Assembly: GCF_009834535.1 (NCBI RefSeq)
Contig: NC_045697.1
Coordinates: 2,916,001 to 2,980,000 of the forward strand
Source: Camelus ferus
Taxonomy: Eukaryota
Direction: 5' to 3'
Length of the DNA: 64,000 nt
The translations under genes were made by a program, and so were the position numbers. How positions within the stretch are numbered: position 1 is the first letter of the stretch; each line of letters starts with the position of its first letter. Below, piece after piece: positions 27,757-41,250 of the stretch. Under the pieces are notes generated by a model. That model had not been told where the DNA came from, made no database searches, and worked only from the letters and a program-made list of their open reading frames with translations.

Positions 27757-29361
27757 CCTGCCTTCTGCCCTCAGCTTATTTTTTACTTTTTAGCTCGTGG
27801 GGCAAATAGCAACAAGTGTGGTCATACAAAGACAAAAGGCAATTGCTAATTTTGTCACCTCATCTTATGGCGTTTTCGGTTCTTTGGGACTATGAGGCGC
27901 CATATCAGCACAGTCTCGGGCCCAGAGAGGTGGCCCAGAGCAACCCCCACGCCCTGCTGGGGTCCCCTGGACAGCCTCCCTGTCACGTGGTCCAGCCTTT
28001 TAGTGGATCCCCCACTCTGCCTCGAGATAGCTCTGCACTTTGAGGTTCAGAGCTGCCCCCACCCCCAGCAATCTCAGCTCCACCATCCCAGCTCCGCCTT
28101 CGTGTCCCCACCCACAAGGGGGCTCCCAGACTAGTTGGGGAGACAGACTTGGAAGGAGACTGAGATAATGTAGCACAATCTGTGCAGCAACAAAGGGAAG
28201 CCTGGGAGGGGACGGAGAGGGGAGTGAAATCAAGGAAGGCGTCCTGGAGGAGGAGGCTCCTCCACCGGATCTTGGAGCAAAAGGGACTAGGCAAAGAGAG
28301 GGTGTAAGGGTCTTCCCGGGAGGAAGGCCGCCAGAAGGGCACTTAAGCCCAGCCTGCCCCAGGTATGCACAGAGGATGAAGGCGGTCACACTGTCACCCT
28401 GAGGGTTAATCTTCAACAGCCCATAAACAGTGAATCCCAGGAATGCAGAGGCTGGGGGAGGGGGTGGGTGTAGGCTGAGGGAACATAACTACTCCCTCTG
28501 GCCGTCCCAGCAACCCCGGGCGGCAGCAGCAAGCCGTGCTCCGGACTCTGGCAGGGGCAGCAGTCGCACGCTGTAGAGGGCCAGAGGAAATAGGTTTGGC
28601 TTTTGGGGCCCTCCAGTGGGCCTCTATTACAGCCTGAAGACTGCTAGGAAGTGAGTGGGTCTCGCCGTGTACCAATGAAACCTTATCTACAAGACAGGGG
28701 CAGGATTTGGCCCCAGGAGCGGGGCCTTGCCCCAGAGAACTGGGTGGGGTGGGGAATGAGGGGAAAAGCACCTCAGGGTCCCGCTGCCGATGCAGGACGC
28801 GACCAGCGCAGAGGCAGCCCTGCCACCCTAGATGGGGGTGCGCGAAGATTCCCCCTTCGGAGAGCGGCTACTCAGGGAGGGTGGAGCCGGCGCGAGGCCG
28901 GAGCCGGGCGGGGCAGCCATGGCCAGGCAGCCGCAGACCGCCTGTGCTCCACGGTGGCGCGGGGCACAGCACACGAGGCGGCTCCCTGCCTCCCTCCTCC
29001 CGGGGTCAGGGATGTCACTGCAGGCTCAGAGCTCAGTTATCCAGGATAACCAAGAAGCGACACTTAAGTGCGCTCCCGGCAAAGACAGGTGATTGGGCAG
29101 CCAGGTGGCAAAGTCCGTCCCTCAAGCCTGCAAATGGAGCCCCTCATCCAAGGTCACAGGAGGGGGTGTCCCCAGTGTTCACACGGTCCACACCAAGCCA
29201 CACCCCATCACCTCTCCTGGTCTGTGGGTCCACATCGGTAAGACACTGAGGTGCCCCCGCTGAGGCAATCTCCCAGAAACACACCTTCCAAGGCACATTC
29301 CTGAGCCCCGCCCAGGTCGAAGGATCACTAGACCCAAGATGCCCTCACCAGCTGGTTCCTT

Positions 29362-29405
29362 CACACACACACACACACACGCACACGCACACGCACACGC
29401 ACACG
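29362..29405. repeat. Compound (CA)n(CGCACA)n microsatellite
   Basis: Seen directly. Confidence 0.95.
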
Positions 29406-29740
29406 TCTGACCCAGACGCGGCCCGGGACGGACACAGGCGCCGCTAGCCTGGAGCCCGGCACGCAGCCGCTGCACTGAGCGCCAGGACCGTGCCTGTGGC
29501 CAGCAGGGCTCGGCCTGTTTGTTGTTTCTGGACTTAGCGGCTGAAGCCAGCCCAGATCAAAGAGGAGCAGGGCCTGGGCCCCGCGATTTCAGGAACTGCT
29601 CTTTGCAAAACAGGAATATCAGGACCAAACAGGCTTCCCAGATGACTGACGGCCACCCGGGCCAGAGCGAAGGCCTGCAGGAAGCGGTCAGCAGTTTCCG
29701 AGGTCCAAAGACACCCAGCCCCACGCCCCACCCCGGCCTC

Positions 29741-29769
29741 GGCCCCGGCCCCGGCCCCGGCCCCGGCCC
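29741..29769. repeat. (GGCCCC)x4.8 hexamer repeat, i.e. (GGGGCC)n on the minus strand
   Basis: Seen directly. Confidence 0.95.
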
Positions 29770-30699
29770 ATCCGGCTCTGTCCGGACGGGCGCCGCCCTC
29801 GCCGGGAACTGCTGGCTCTGCTGCCCCGTCACTCCTCCTCGGCCCGCGACAAGGCTGGGTCCTGGTTGTATTTGTGCCAGGGACTCCTCTGCTTGCAGAA
29901 GAGGGGTGTTCCTCGTCAACACCCCAAATAGCACAATGTGGGCACCTGGGGGGATCTGGTGGGAAAGGATAAACAGGGGAGGGAGGCCTGGGCTGGTACG
30001 TCTCCCTGTCACATCCTCAGAGGGGCCCCAACCTGCCCACCAGTTCAAAGCAGGCCCCTCCTTTAAAAAATGAGGGAGGAGGTTCTGAGTGGCCACACAG
30101 CCGGGAGTGGCCATGTCTCAGGGGTCCCTCCCATCATAGGACACACACGCCCCGCTCCGCAGGACCATCTGCCCATGCGTGGTGGGGTGACCGGGAGGGG
30201 GCCCTAGAGGGGACAACGGAGCAGCAGCTCCCAGGCTGGGTGCCCGCGTGTGACTCCGGCTGCTGCCTTCCCTGGGAGCCTGGGAAGTTGCGAAAGCTTA
30301 TAGATGCGACCCTGGGACACCCTAATCCCTTGGCCCCGACTCCCCAGAGCACCCGCATTCCAGACCAGGGTGGGGAAACTCTGCTGGAATTCTGGACATT
30401 CTCGAAGCCCAGTCATCAGGGGGTGGATCTTGAACTCGATTGTGCAAACGTTAACCCAGCCCCAGCACACACTCCCCAAAGGCCTCTCGACAGTCCTCTC
30501 AGCCAAGACCCACCTCCCTGGAAACAGGGCCCAGGTCACCGCAGGCCGAGAGAGGGCAGGAGAACTCAGGTGGGAATTTCCACAGGACACCCTTTCAGTG
30601 TCGCTCTGAGCTGCGCGGGGACTGCACGTGGGGGATGCCGGCTCCGGGGGCACAAACCCATTTGAGGCCCAATTTCACTCGTTTGGTTACTTGTCATCT

Positions 30700-31265
30700 C
30701 TGCTCCTTTCCCAGCAAATCTTCCAGAGCCTTCCACCCTGGTCAGCTCTGTGCAACCTCCTCACCTCACCTCACCCACCCCGCTCCCTGAACCTGCCCTC
30801 ACCCCGGCCGCCGGCACCTCTGTGTTGCTAACTCTGATGGATGGTCGGTCCCCATCCTCATCTCACTGGCTCCTCAGGGTCTCTCTTCTGCCCACTGACC
30901 ATGCCTTCCTCCTGCCTCACCTGCTATGTCTCTGTCTACACTCACCCTTAGGTGTGAGTGCAAAGGTCGAGGACTTCTAGAGCCGTCTGCCCCTCAGTGT
31001 CACCCACACCCCCACATTTGCACGTCCTCTTCCTGGTCACCTTCTCCTCCAGGCTCTGACCTCAAACTCCTGTCTGTCTCCCAAGTCTCCCTCCCACTTT
31101 GCCTCCTTCTGGGGGCTTGCTGATGCGGACAAGCCAGTCCTCCCCCAGCCCCAAGAGCCCTGAGCACATTGTGCTGTAACTGGGTCTCCATCTAGGCTGC
31201 CAGTAGGTTCACACTCGAGGACCCATTGTTGGGGCAGTCTGCAAGCATTTGTTGAATGACTAACA
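30700..31265 (+). mobile_element. L2 fragments (others near 47.95-48.1 and 57.9 kb, minus strand)
   Basis: Pyrimidine-rich L2-like body and 3' end catttgttgaatgactaa. Confidence 0.5.
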
Positions 31266-32289
31266 GGTGCCCAGCCAGCTCCTGTTGTCCCTTACCAGGA
31301 AGGGGCAGGAATGTGGTCCTGAGGTAGCCAAGGGGCAGGGATGTGTGACAAATCTCATCAAGACATCCACGTCTGGGCAACAGTGACCAAAAGAGGACAA
31401 AGGCCATCAAGGCTGGGGACCTTGGTGACCAAAGTTCAGGGACAGGGGCCGTGAGTGGTGGGCTCATGGGAGGCCTGTTGGGCTCCTGCCAAAGTGGACC
31501 TCCCACCCCAGCTCCTGTCTGGATTTGAGCCTCTAATCATGAAACTAAGGGACAGGCAGGCGAGGCCCAGGGATTTCCCAAAACATGAAATTGCAGGAGA
31601 AGCAGGGACACAGGTGGCAGGAGAGGCCTGGGAGCCCTCTGCCTCTGGCCTCCCATCATCACCCACCCCACACACCCAGTCATGCTGCAGGAAGAAGGGA
31701 GCTGTCTGCACATCACCACCCTTGGCCATTTCTTGTCGAGGCGGGCTTGGCTCAGGCTGCTTCCGTGCCCCAAATGCCTTCTGTTTCCCCTGGGCTGCCT
31801 GGCAAACTCTTACGCATCCTACCAAACCCTGCTTGACCACCACCTCCTCTGGGAGCCGTCCCAGATTAGAAGAGGGGGAATGAACGGCTCCTTCTGGTCC
31901 CACCATCAGAGCCAGCCATGAGCAGACTCTAACCTGGTGCCCGACACGTGGTGGGCTCTCTGCTGACGTCTCGTTCAGACTGGCCATTAGCTGACAGGGG
32001 ATCTGGGTAACTTATTTTAGCCCTCTCAGCCTCCGTCACTCTGACCACGGCACGGGACTACAGTCCTGTCTTAGGAGATGGTGCCGAGGTTTCAGATGGG
32101 GGCCTGGGTGTACGTGACTTGTTAAAGAGTTTCTCAGTGACTCATGGACCAAGAAACCAGCCCCTCAGACTCCACGCTCAGGGTCTGAACCCAGGCAGCC
32201 TCGGGGCACAGCCTCCGGTCCCTCCACTTATTTAAGTGGCTCTTTTTTTATTTGTTTTGTTTCGTTTTGTATTGTTTCAGTGGCTCTTC

Positions 32290-32710
32290 TTCTGTTGTTT
32301 TTTTAAACTAAACTTCTCAGTTTAAAACAGTTTTAGGCCTACAGAAAGGTTGCGATGCCTGTGCAGACACTCCCCCGCACCCACGCCCAGCTCCCCCACC
32401 GCCGTCCCACGTGACTAAGGCACGTTTCATCACAATGGATGAATCAACGCTAATACATCACCATTAGCCAAAGTTCCTGCCTCACTTGGCTTCCTTGGTT
32501 TCTCCCTCGTGTCCGTGTCTGTCCCCAGAGCCCACTGGGGACAGATCGCATCCTCAGGAATCTTTCTCCTTAGGCAGCTCTGGGCTGTGACACTTTCTCA
32601 GATTTTCCATGTTTTTCATGTCCTTGATGGTTTTGAGGACCCGCCAGGTATTTTTGCTGAATGTACTAGAGCTGGGATTTGTCTGCTGTGTTTTTCAGTT
32701 CTTTTACTGT
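32290..32710 (-). mobile_element. Old L1MC-like 3' fragment, antisense
   Basis: Its reverse complement aligns by eye to 34630-34860 (ctcaaaac, cagcccag, aaaccaaggaa). Confidence 0.7.
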
Positions 32711-33289
32711 TAATTTTCAACAAACAAAATTTGCGGCAGGTTTTGGCTCTGAGTCAGGCTGGACCCGGCCCTCTGCCAGCAGCTATTTTTCATTAAACTG
32801 CACCTGAGCCATCGACCCCCATTCAGTGCCCTGGGGGAAGGGACCGATGACTCTAAGAAAACAGTGAGGGCTGGGAGCAGACCGTTCCTATCTGTCCAGG
32901 TCCTGAAAATATATGAAGTGGTGCACAGTCCCTCCCAACCAGAAGTGCTAACTGCTCCCAAGAGACCCTTTGTCACCTCCCAGCTCCGCAGCCCCGTGCC
33001 TGCCAGCGCAGCTCCGAGGGCTGCGAGGAGAGCAGCGCAGGGGCCGGCCTGAGGGCGGGTCACCAGGCCTGCAAAACCGCAGTGTTCACCCTTCAGCTGG
33101 CGGCCCCACCTCTGGGATCGCAGTGCAGGTGACCGCCCACTTCTGAGACAACAGGGCTCCGACGGGGCAGGACTCAATGTAACAGTGACACCTTGGCAGT
33201 AACCCAGGTGTCAAATGAATCATGCTGCAGACTCGCACCCGACAGCATGAGGCCGGTTTCCGGGCGCGGCCCGGGCAAGATCTCTGAGC

Positions 33290-34985
33290 CACATTAAGTG
33301 GGAAAAAAAGCAAGATGCTCTGCTGCCTTTGGTGTTCTGCAGAGGGATACCTTCCTATTTGCTCATGGTTATAAAAAGAAAGTGGAAGGAGCAATAAGCC
33401 AGCTGCATTGGATGGCTGAGTAGGGGACGGACAGGGGACTTCTCCGGGTGGTGAAACTCCTTGTGACTCCGGGGTGGTGGGTACCTGGCACTGTGCGTTT
33501 GTTAAAAGACATTAAAATTTACAGCACAAAGCAAACCCTAATGTGTGCAAATTTTAAAAATTGAGGACAGGGATTCCCAGGATGGACGCAGGGTGTGTCA
33601 AAACGGTGAACTGTGTTCATTCCAAACATATGACACAGCCTCACCGAAGGGAGGGGAGTGGTGCCTGCCCACCAGCAGCGGCCCCAGGCGGAGCCTGAAG
33701 ACTGGGCTGAGAGGACACTCACAAGTGCCCGGGGCTCTGGCTGGTCCCACTCCCCAGGGGCCCTGGGTTACAGAGGCTCGTGCTCCAACAGTGCAACCAG
33801 CAGGGGAGCGAGGACAGCTCCGTAAATGGGTGGTGGGTGGTGAGTCGGGGGTGACGGCTCAGAGGTGGAGGCACCAGGGTGAAGTCGCGTTTCGCTTGGT
33901 TCAGATGTACACGGTACCTGTAGAAACACCTGCTGGGGGAGGGCACAGCTCAGGGGTAGACGCGGGCTCAGCACGCACAAGGTCCTGGGTTCAATCCCCA
34001 GTGCCTCCATTAAAAAACATTGGTAAATAAATAAATAAACCCAATTTCCTCCCCTTCAAAAAATAAATAAAGTTTTAAAAATATAAATAGATATAAAAAT
34101 GAAAGAAACACTACGTATGTGTATATACACAGGTTAGTATACACATATATACGTACTAACTCACAGATAAGTGCATACACACGGATCTGTGTGCACACGG
34201 TACACTCATATACACGGGTTATACACGGTACATGTGCACGTACAGCCCCCAGTCCTGCCAGCTGAGGGGGCCTAAAAGGAAAGACCCCCAGGTAGCAGCA
34301 AGCACACGAGTGCAGGTGAATGTCGGCGTCGCAGCCTCTCTCCTACAAGAGGAGTCAGGACTCTTGAGGGAATGTCTCGTCCTAGGACTGGGCCAGGAAG
34401 TATGCACAGCGAACAGGGCTCGTAGTGCCAGGGAAGTAAGGGTGTACAGAATGAATGAATGAATGAAGAATGAAGTCCCACAATGACAGGCATGTCGCAG
34501 GGACACGGGGCCAACTGAAGGAGCTCCCAGCGGCCAAAGCTGGAAAAACTTGGGCCCCAATTAGTTTGTGTTTGATTATAACCCGTGGTCTCTGTCTAAC
34601 CACAAGCTATCAGCAGACAAGGCCTGACTGAGGAACGTTTTACAAAACACACAACCAAGCTCCTCAAAACAAAACCAAAACGAGGGAAGTCCCAGCCCAG
34701 GAGCCCGAGGAGACGCGCTGACTAAATGTCACCTGTGTCCTGGACGCAGTCTTGGGACAGAAAGGGGACATTAGGTAAAACCAAGGAAACCTGAATAAAA
34801 TAGGGGTTTTCCTTAATAATAACGAACCAGCATTGGTTCCTAAGTGGTGGTAAACGTACCTCACTGCTGTGTGATGTTAGTGGCAGGGGAGACTGGCTCG
34901 GGGCCGCGAGAGCTCTCTGTGCTGTATTTGCAATTATTTCGTAAATCCAAAACTGTTCTTAATAATCAAATCTATTTTTTTAAAG
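33290..34985 (+). mobile_element. Old L1MC-like 3' region interrupted by a SINE and simple repeats
   Basis: Motifs aaaccctaatgt, gggacagaaaggggacattagg, ctctctgtgctgtatttgcaa, taaatccaaaactgttct. Confidence 0.7.
33935..34103 (+). mobile_element. Second, more diverged Vic-1-like tRNA-derived SINE, nested in L1
   Basis: Same architecture as the 24.1-kb copy (GGTTCAATCCCC B box, AAATAAATAAACCCAATTTCCTCCCC tail); AGAAACAC occurs on both sides (33922-33929, 34104-34111). Confidence 0.8.
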
Positions 34986-36614
34986 GCCTGGTAAGGTGGA
35001 ACAGTCTGGATGTGTGTGGAGAGAAGAATCAGGGCCCAAAGACGCCGGAGGGAGATGTCCCAGAGGGACTTGCTGTGTGGCCTTGGGCCAGCCCGCCCAA
35101 GCCTGGCTCCCCTTCCCGTCCCTGAAGCACCAGGAAACCGAGGCAGGCCTTTGGAGGAGACCCCAGCTCCAGCTGCTGCCTGCCAGTGACCTCGGGGCCC
35201 CTCTGTAAACAGAGGGTGAGGACGGGTCCCTCCTAAGATCAGCTGAGAATTCTGTAAACAACACTCCGCCGGGGCGGCACCGCAGCCCCTGTAGGGGAAG
35301 GGGGAGGGTCACTAGGCTCACTGTAAGGGAGGCTCAGAGGTGTCCCGCCTCTCCCGGGCCGCAGGGCTGCCCCCTCACCTCCGGGCCAGTCTGCGCAAAG
35401 TCCACTGTGCATCCCAGGACAGCGGGGACAGAGCCTCTCTACCCGCTGCACCTACAGCCTGTCCGTCTCCTCTCGCCCCCTCCCCGTTCAAAACCCAAGC
35501 ACAGGCCCACTGCTGAGGAACGAGGGGCGGGCCCCAGGGATGTCCAGGGAAGGTGGGGCAGACTTAGAGGCAAGGGAAAGCCAGGACCCGGCCCCCAGCC
35601 TCCAGGCCCATGGCTCCTGTTTCCCTCCAGGGTCACGAGCCCTGGGCTGCAGCCCTGACCGCCTGTGGACACTGTACGAAGCCCCAACACGGTCTCATTT
35701 TGCGGACACTCAAACTGAGTCACTCACTGCTAGCCGCTCAGCCAAGATCAGAACGACCAGAACGCCCAGGGCTGCTGCCTACTGGGCCCTCCAGAGCCCT
35801 CCCTTCCCCCCACCCGTGGGAAGGCGCCTCCCTGCCTCACAACTGCCTCCTTGCCAACATCCAGCCTCACCACCAGCTCTTGGCCCCTTTCTCAGACTAC
35901 CTGAGCACTGCCCTGCTTCTTGCTGCCTGGCCAGGCCGCTTTCGGGATGCACCCCCCACACACACCCTCCCGCGGTCTCACCTGTCCCGGAAGGTGACTC
36001 TCGGCACACTCGGGGCTGAGGGCTGCCGCGAAGGGACGGCTTCCCCTGGAACAGACCAGCCAGGGGACAGGAACTTACCCGGCCAAGGAAGGGAAGAGGG
36101 AGGCTCTCCGGGCCCCTCAGGATGGTCCCCGCCGTGCAGTGCCTGTTCCGGGCAGGAAGGTGCACATTTTCAGCCAGCCTGGCCTCCAGGCTACAATCAG
36201 GTGGCCTGAGCGGTCAGCCCGGGTCATTGGCTGCACCCTCGGCCAGCCCAGCCCTCCGGGAAGGGGCCGAGTCGGCTCCACTGACCTTCCTCCTACTTAT
36301 CAGCCATCGGAAGTCAGCAATCCTGGCTCAGCATTCCAGAGCAGGGCGGGAAGGGGCTGCCCGCTGGCGACGGGGTCTGGTGTGTGCCGGGGCTCTGGGG
36401 ACACGGGGGGTCGGGTGCCACCTCCCTTGTCCCTGTGCCTCAGAGAGGAGGGAGGCTGGCCGTTGACAGCTGCTAGGCCACCCCTTAGCTGGGCTGAGGA
36501 GCGCTCGTGACTCTTGCTGGGGCCAGATTTCTGTCGCAAACATTTACTGAGCACCTGCTGTGTGCTGGGCCCGGTGTGAGGCCAGCACTGGGTCTCAGAG
36601 GGTGTCCAGAGAGA

Positions 36615-36781
36615 ACGTTTCCCAAACTGGCTCCTCACCAGTCATCTGGGGTGTCCTTAAAGTTATAGATTCTCGACTCCAGACCCACTACATCAGCACC
36701 TTCTGGGGAAGGGCCAAGAAATCTGGATTTTTAACAAGTTCCCCAGTGGCTCCTGTCATCAGGCAAGTCTGAGCACCCCTG
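36615..36781. mobile_element. hAT-Charlie MITE (MER5A-like)
   Basis: tttcccaaact..agattct..gaaatctggatttttaacaagttcccca..agtctgagcacccctg. Confidence 0.75.
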
Positions 36782-37021
36782 TCCCAAACGACACATCTAA
36801 CCTCAGACATTCAAATACGTGGGCAGAGTCACCTAGTGCCTGTGGTTGACACACCTCCCCTAACCCTCCACAGACCCTGGAGCCGCGAGGGTCAGGACCC
36901 TGGCTTCCAGGACCGGCTGTGTGACTACAGGCAAGTCTCTTAACCTCTCTGTGCTTCCCTTTCCTTGTCTTTGAAATGGAAGAACACTAGACACTTGGCC
37001 CAGCTCATCAGCATCAGTGAG

Positions 37022-37168
37022 AACAAGTGAGTTAGTAAGTGTTGAGGACTCGAAGCGGCGCCACACACACAGGTGCACACACGTGTGCACACACGTACAC
37101 GTACAAACAAGTGAGTTAGTAAGTGTTGAGGACTCGAAGCAGCGTCACACACACAGGTGCACACACGT
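37022..37168. repeat. Tandem duplication with 84-bp period (63-bp aligned block, 2 mismatches), running into a CA-rich tract
   Basis: AACAAGTGAGTTAGTAAGTGTTGAGGACTCGAAGC.. at 37022 and 37106. Confidence 0.95.
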
Positions 37169-40100
37169 ACACACACACATGCGCACAGACAAACGCACAA
37201 ACACACACACATACACGTACGAACACCTCAGATGTGTATTTTTATTGGGCATCTTGGAGACGCCGGCTCTCAGCAGTGACTCGTGCTGTCGCGGGAGAAG
37301 AGGCGGGAGGCGCAGGGCCTGAGGCGGCCTCGGGGCTGGGCAGGAGCTGGCCACTCGGCTCTCAGCCCCTCTGTGGATGAACAAACGAATGACTGAAGGA
37401 AAGAGGTATGAAGTGCCTGGCACGTTTCTTTGCTTTTTATTGTGCGGGTGCGCCGACACTGCAGGCTGACGCCTGCTAACGGCTGGGCAGGCGGCCCCTT
37501 CAGTCCAGAACCTGGGCTTTCTTTCTGTAAGCCCCTGGGCTCACCCGCCTCCGGCCTGTAGGGACCACAGCTCTGGCCTCAGGGATCACATCCCTGTGAG
37601 TGTCACCAACTGTCAGCTGCCCTCGGCCCCAGGTGCAGGGCTTAAAGACCTTTGATTCTTTCCCAGCAATTGAAGGTAGAGAATTCCCCTAAAGCCAGAC
37701 GTCTGGCGGTTCTGGAAGGTCAGGATGCCCGGGGCAGCGCTCCCAGGCAGCTCGCTGAGGGCCCACAGCCGCATCGTGGACGGTGAGCTCTCGCAGGCCC
37801 TCGCCATCGGGGGCTTCACCGCTTCCCTAGCTGGTGCCCTGCGAGGACTGAGCGATGACCCCCGCTTCCCTGGGCCCAGCAGCCAGTCTGGGTGGTGCGG
37901 TTCCCAAGAACCTGCCCAGAACCCTCGAGCTCCTGGACCCCCCCATTGCAAGCTCCCTGATGCTGCCTGGCCCCAGGCCTACGCAGACCTGCAGGGCCCC
38001 ATGCAATGGCCAGGGGAGGTCGTGGGTTACTAACCCCAGGGAGGCCAGGCTGGGGGCTCACAGGTGGTCTGGTCCAGCCTCTCTCCTCAGCAGCCCTCCC
38101 CCAGATCGAGGGCCAGCAGGGGGCCGGGCACCTCACTCAGGCTTAGATTCCAAGGATCCTCCCACCCAGCCAGTCCCCATTTCCAGGAGTAGAGACTGAG
38201 GCCCCGAGTGGCCCAGCAACTTGGCCCAGAATTTCCCCCGGAAGTGCCAGGCTGGGGTCCCACTGCGGGGTTTCCCGCCACTCAGGTCTCGAGTCTGGAG
38301 GATCATTTTTGCCAGAGACTCGACTTCTGCCCTCCCCTAGCCCAGCGGGTCCTCTCACCTGGCCAAGCTGTGTCAGGAGCCCTGAGTTTTCAATCCTGGC
38401 ACCACTGCAGACAATACCCAGCTCCCTTTGGGCCTCAGTTTCCCCGTTTGCAGTCAGGAAGGGGCCGGGCTGGGAGCTCTCTGGGGTTCAAGGTTCCGGA
38501 GCAGACACCCTCCCACCTGGCGGACTGCGGGCATCTTCCCTCCCCTCGGCGCCCAGGCGGTGGGGCTGGAGTCTCCCCTCCGTCCTCTGTGAGAGCCCTC
38601 CCCACTGCGCAGCAGCCTCGTACCCGCCTCCTGGCACCCAGACCCGATAGGCTTAGAATCGGAAACGCCTTGACTCGCGTGAGACGTCCGTGAGACATGC
38701 AAATCGTCTTGCCGTGGGGACTGGTGCTGTGCAGCCCAAATTCACTTAAAAACAAACAAATCCCCTGCGTCCTAAATGTATCCTCTTAAAGACCATTTTG
38801 AAAATCTTGCTTTGAAAACACTAAAGCCAAGAGCGACACACGCCCAGCAGCCGTGACCCAGGAGGGCAGCCCCAGGCTGGCCCGCGGGCCCCGAGAGTGA
38901 GCAGGACAGGCTGCGGCTGCTCTTCCGGAAGAGCCTCCCCACGAGGGGGAGGGGCCCAGGGTGAGCGACGCAGTGACGGGCGGAAGGTGGCCTGAGGGGT
39001 GGGCATGACCACTTCTGAGTGAGGAGGACCCACGAGAAGCTGGAAGACCCTAGACAGTGAGTGTGGACTGGCAGGCTGAGACACGCACGGCCAGGATCTC
39101 CAAATTAAATGGACGATGCTCGGGCTGATTCCTTCTGGGACAGCAGAGCTCCCGGCAGCCAGAGAGGTAAACGGGCAAACGCGAGGCTGGGAGCTGCATG
39201 CCTGGCGGGGACAGGCATGACCAGCAGCAGAGCAGCTGTACACACGAACAGGAGGTTGGGCTACACCCCAAGGCCATGTGGACTTGAACTTGGCTCTTGG
39301 AACATGATCACAGGGTCTCCCTCTAGGGCCGGGGTCCCACCCAGGCCACAGTGGGACGTTTCTGGACAACGATTGTTGATGTCATGGCAGGGTGCATACT
39401 GATCACATGAAAACATTCTCGACGTGTTCTGCAAGGCCAGGCCAGAGAAGGCCAGGGAAGGGGTTTCAAAGCGTACTGATGATTGGAGCCCAGGTTTGCT
39501 TTGAAAACGCTCTTTAGAAGGAAAAAAAAGCTGGATGAAAAACACAAAAATGTTCTCTGTGATCATCAGAGAGATGAGGTCGGGCCACTCAGCGTCCGTG
39601 ATACTCCCTCTGTATTTTCAGGGTGTATTGCTTTTTCAATCAGAAGAGGATTATTTTGTAATCAAAACAAATGCGACAGGTGGATAATGAAAACCATCTT
39701 TTGTGCGCACGCTTATAAATGAAGGTGTTTCTGAGCAAGCTGACAAGCCTGAGGATGGGCGCACTGGCGGCAGGCCCCTCGGAATGCGGGCTGCCGGAGT
39801 CCCCGTCCTCAGGGACCCTGGGCAGGGGACGGTCCCCTCCCCTCAGTTTTTGATTCTTTAAGGTGTCACTGGCTCACGGCATGTCTCCCCTCAACCCCCG
39901 CTGTGAACAGGCACGGGGATGAGCCCCAAGGAGCCCGGGGAGTGGGGAACTCTCGCTCTGAGTGACTCTGAGCAAGTCCCTCCTCTCTGGACCTCGGTTC
40001 CCCCCTCTCTGGACCCACGTTCACACTCAGGCCAAACCTGGGGGTGGCTCCTGCCCACCACTGCCCTCTAGTGGTAGACTGGGCACACAGCGCCGCATAG

Positions 40101-41019
40101 ATCACCACCTGGGACCTGCCTGAGACCCCCGCGGGCACCGCAGCAGGAGCGCCCCGAGGCTGCGAGGCTGCGTCCCTCTCATCACCCCTCAACCGGTGAG
40201 AAGGACGTGGCTTCCAGGAAGTGCTGCGCGGGGTTCACCTGGTTCTCTTCACTTAGATCCCTGGTTCTTAATCACACAACAGTATTGAGAATTTCCCGGT
40301 GGATAATGCGTATTAATGGCTTGCAGTGATTGGCACTGTCCCCAGCCTGTGCTAACTCAGGTCACCGCTCACACGAGCCCTCGTCCGCTCACAAGAGCAG
40401 CCCTAGAGGTGGGCGCTCTGGCCTCGCCCTCTTACAGCGAGGAGCTAAGAGGGGGTGAGCCCAAGCTGGAGAGCTGGGTGGGCACCCAGCAACAGCCCCT
40501 GCACCAGTGCCCCCTCCCCGGCCTAAGTAACACCTGTGAGGTCCGGGCAGGAACGAAGCAAGAGCACTGTCCACCTGGCAGGAACCATGGAGCCCGTGCG
40601 GGCCCCCGGCCACGGCAGCTGCCACCAAGGACGGAGCAAGCCCCCTTCCCAGGACACGGCAAGCACCCTTCTGGGCAGGAACAGGCTGCCCCTCGCCGCA
40701 CCCACCTTTCAGAGGGCGCAGGGTGGGGTGGAAAGAGAGACAACTGGTTCTGACACACCAGGTCGTATTTTCTTGAGTCAGACACTTAACCTTTCTAAGC
40801 GTCAGGGCTTTCATCGTGAAAATGAGGCTTGCATGTGAGCAAGCTCGGAAGCCATCACCCCCGGCTTCTAGCCGACACCACGGCTGCAGCTTCACCCGAG
40901 CCCCTGACCCACAGCAACGGTGTGATAAGAAATGCTGGTGGTTGTAACCCACTAGAAATCACGGGGATCACCCCCCACACTCACCGGAAGGGCCGCTTGT
41001 GACTCAGTGAGGGGAGGCA

Positions 41020-41250
41020 GACCAGGTGGTTCAGACCATGGACAGCGGCGTCAACCACACTTGGGGACTGTGCACCTCTCTGTTCTGCCAGCTGCTGGCT
41101 TCAGGTCGACCTTGGGGAGGGGGCCTCAATTTCCTTATCTGTGGAATGGAGCCAGCAACCTCAGGGGCTGCTGCGACGACTGAGGTAACTCAGGTAGAGA
41201 AAGCTACGCCCTCGGTAATGGCGGCGCCCGATGCTCTGGGGCCGAGCCTC
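41020..41250 (+). mobile_element. MIR SINE (one of many fragments; others near 8.85, 14.15, 24.3, 36.9, 41.9, 53.0 and 60.3 kb)
   Basis: MIR core cctcaatttccttatctgtggaatgg; complementary core at other sites, e.g. acagattcggaagctgaggcacagagag..ttgcccaaggtcacac near 53020-53080. Confidence 0.65.

Noticed and set aside
38700..39750. Possible distal alternative SH3TC1 first exon
   Set aside because: Non-repetitive sequence, but no convincing promoter-plus-donor combination that I can support.
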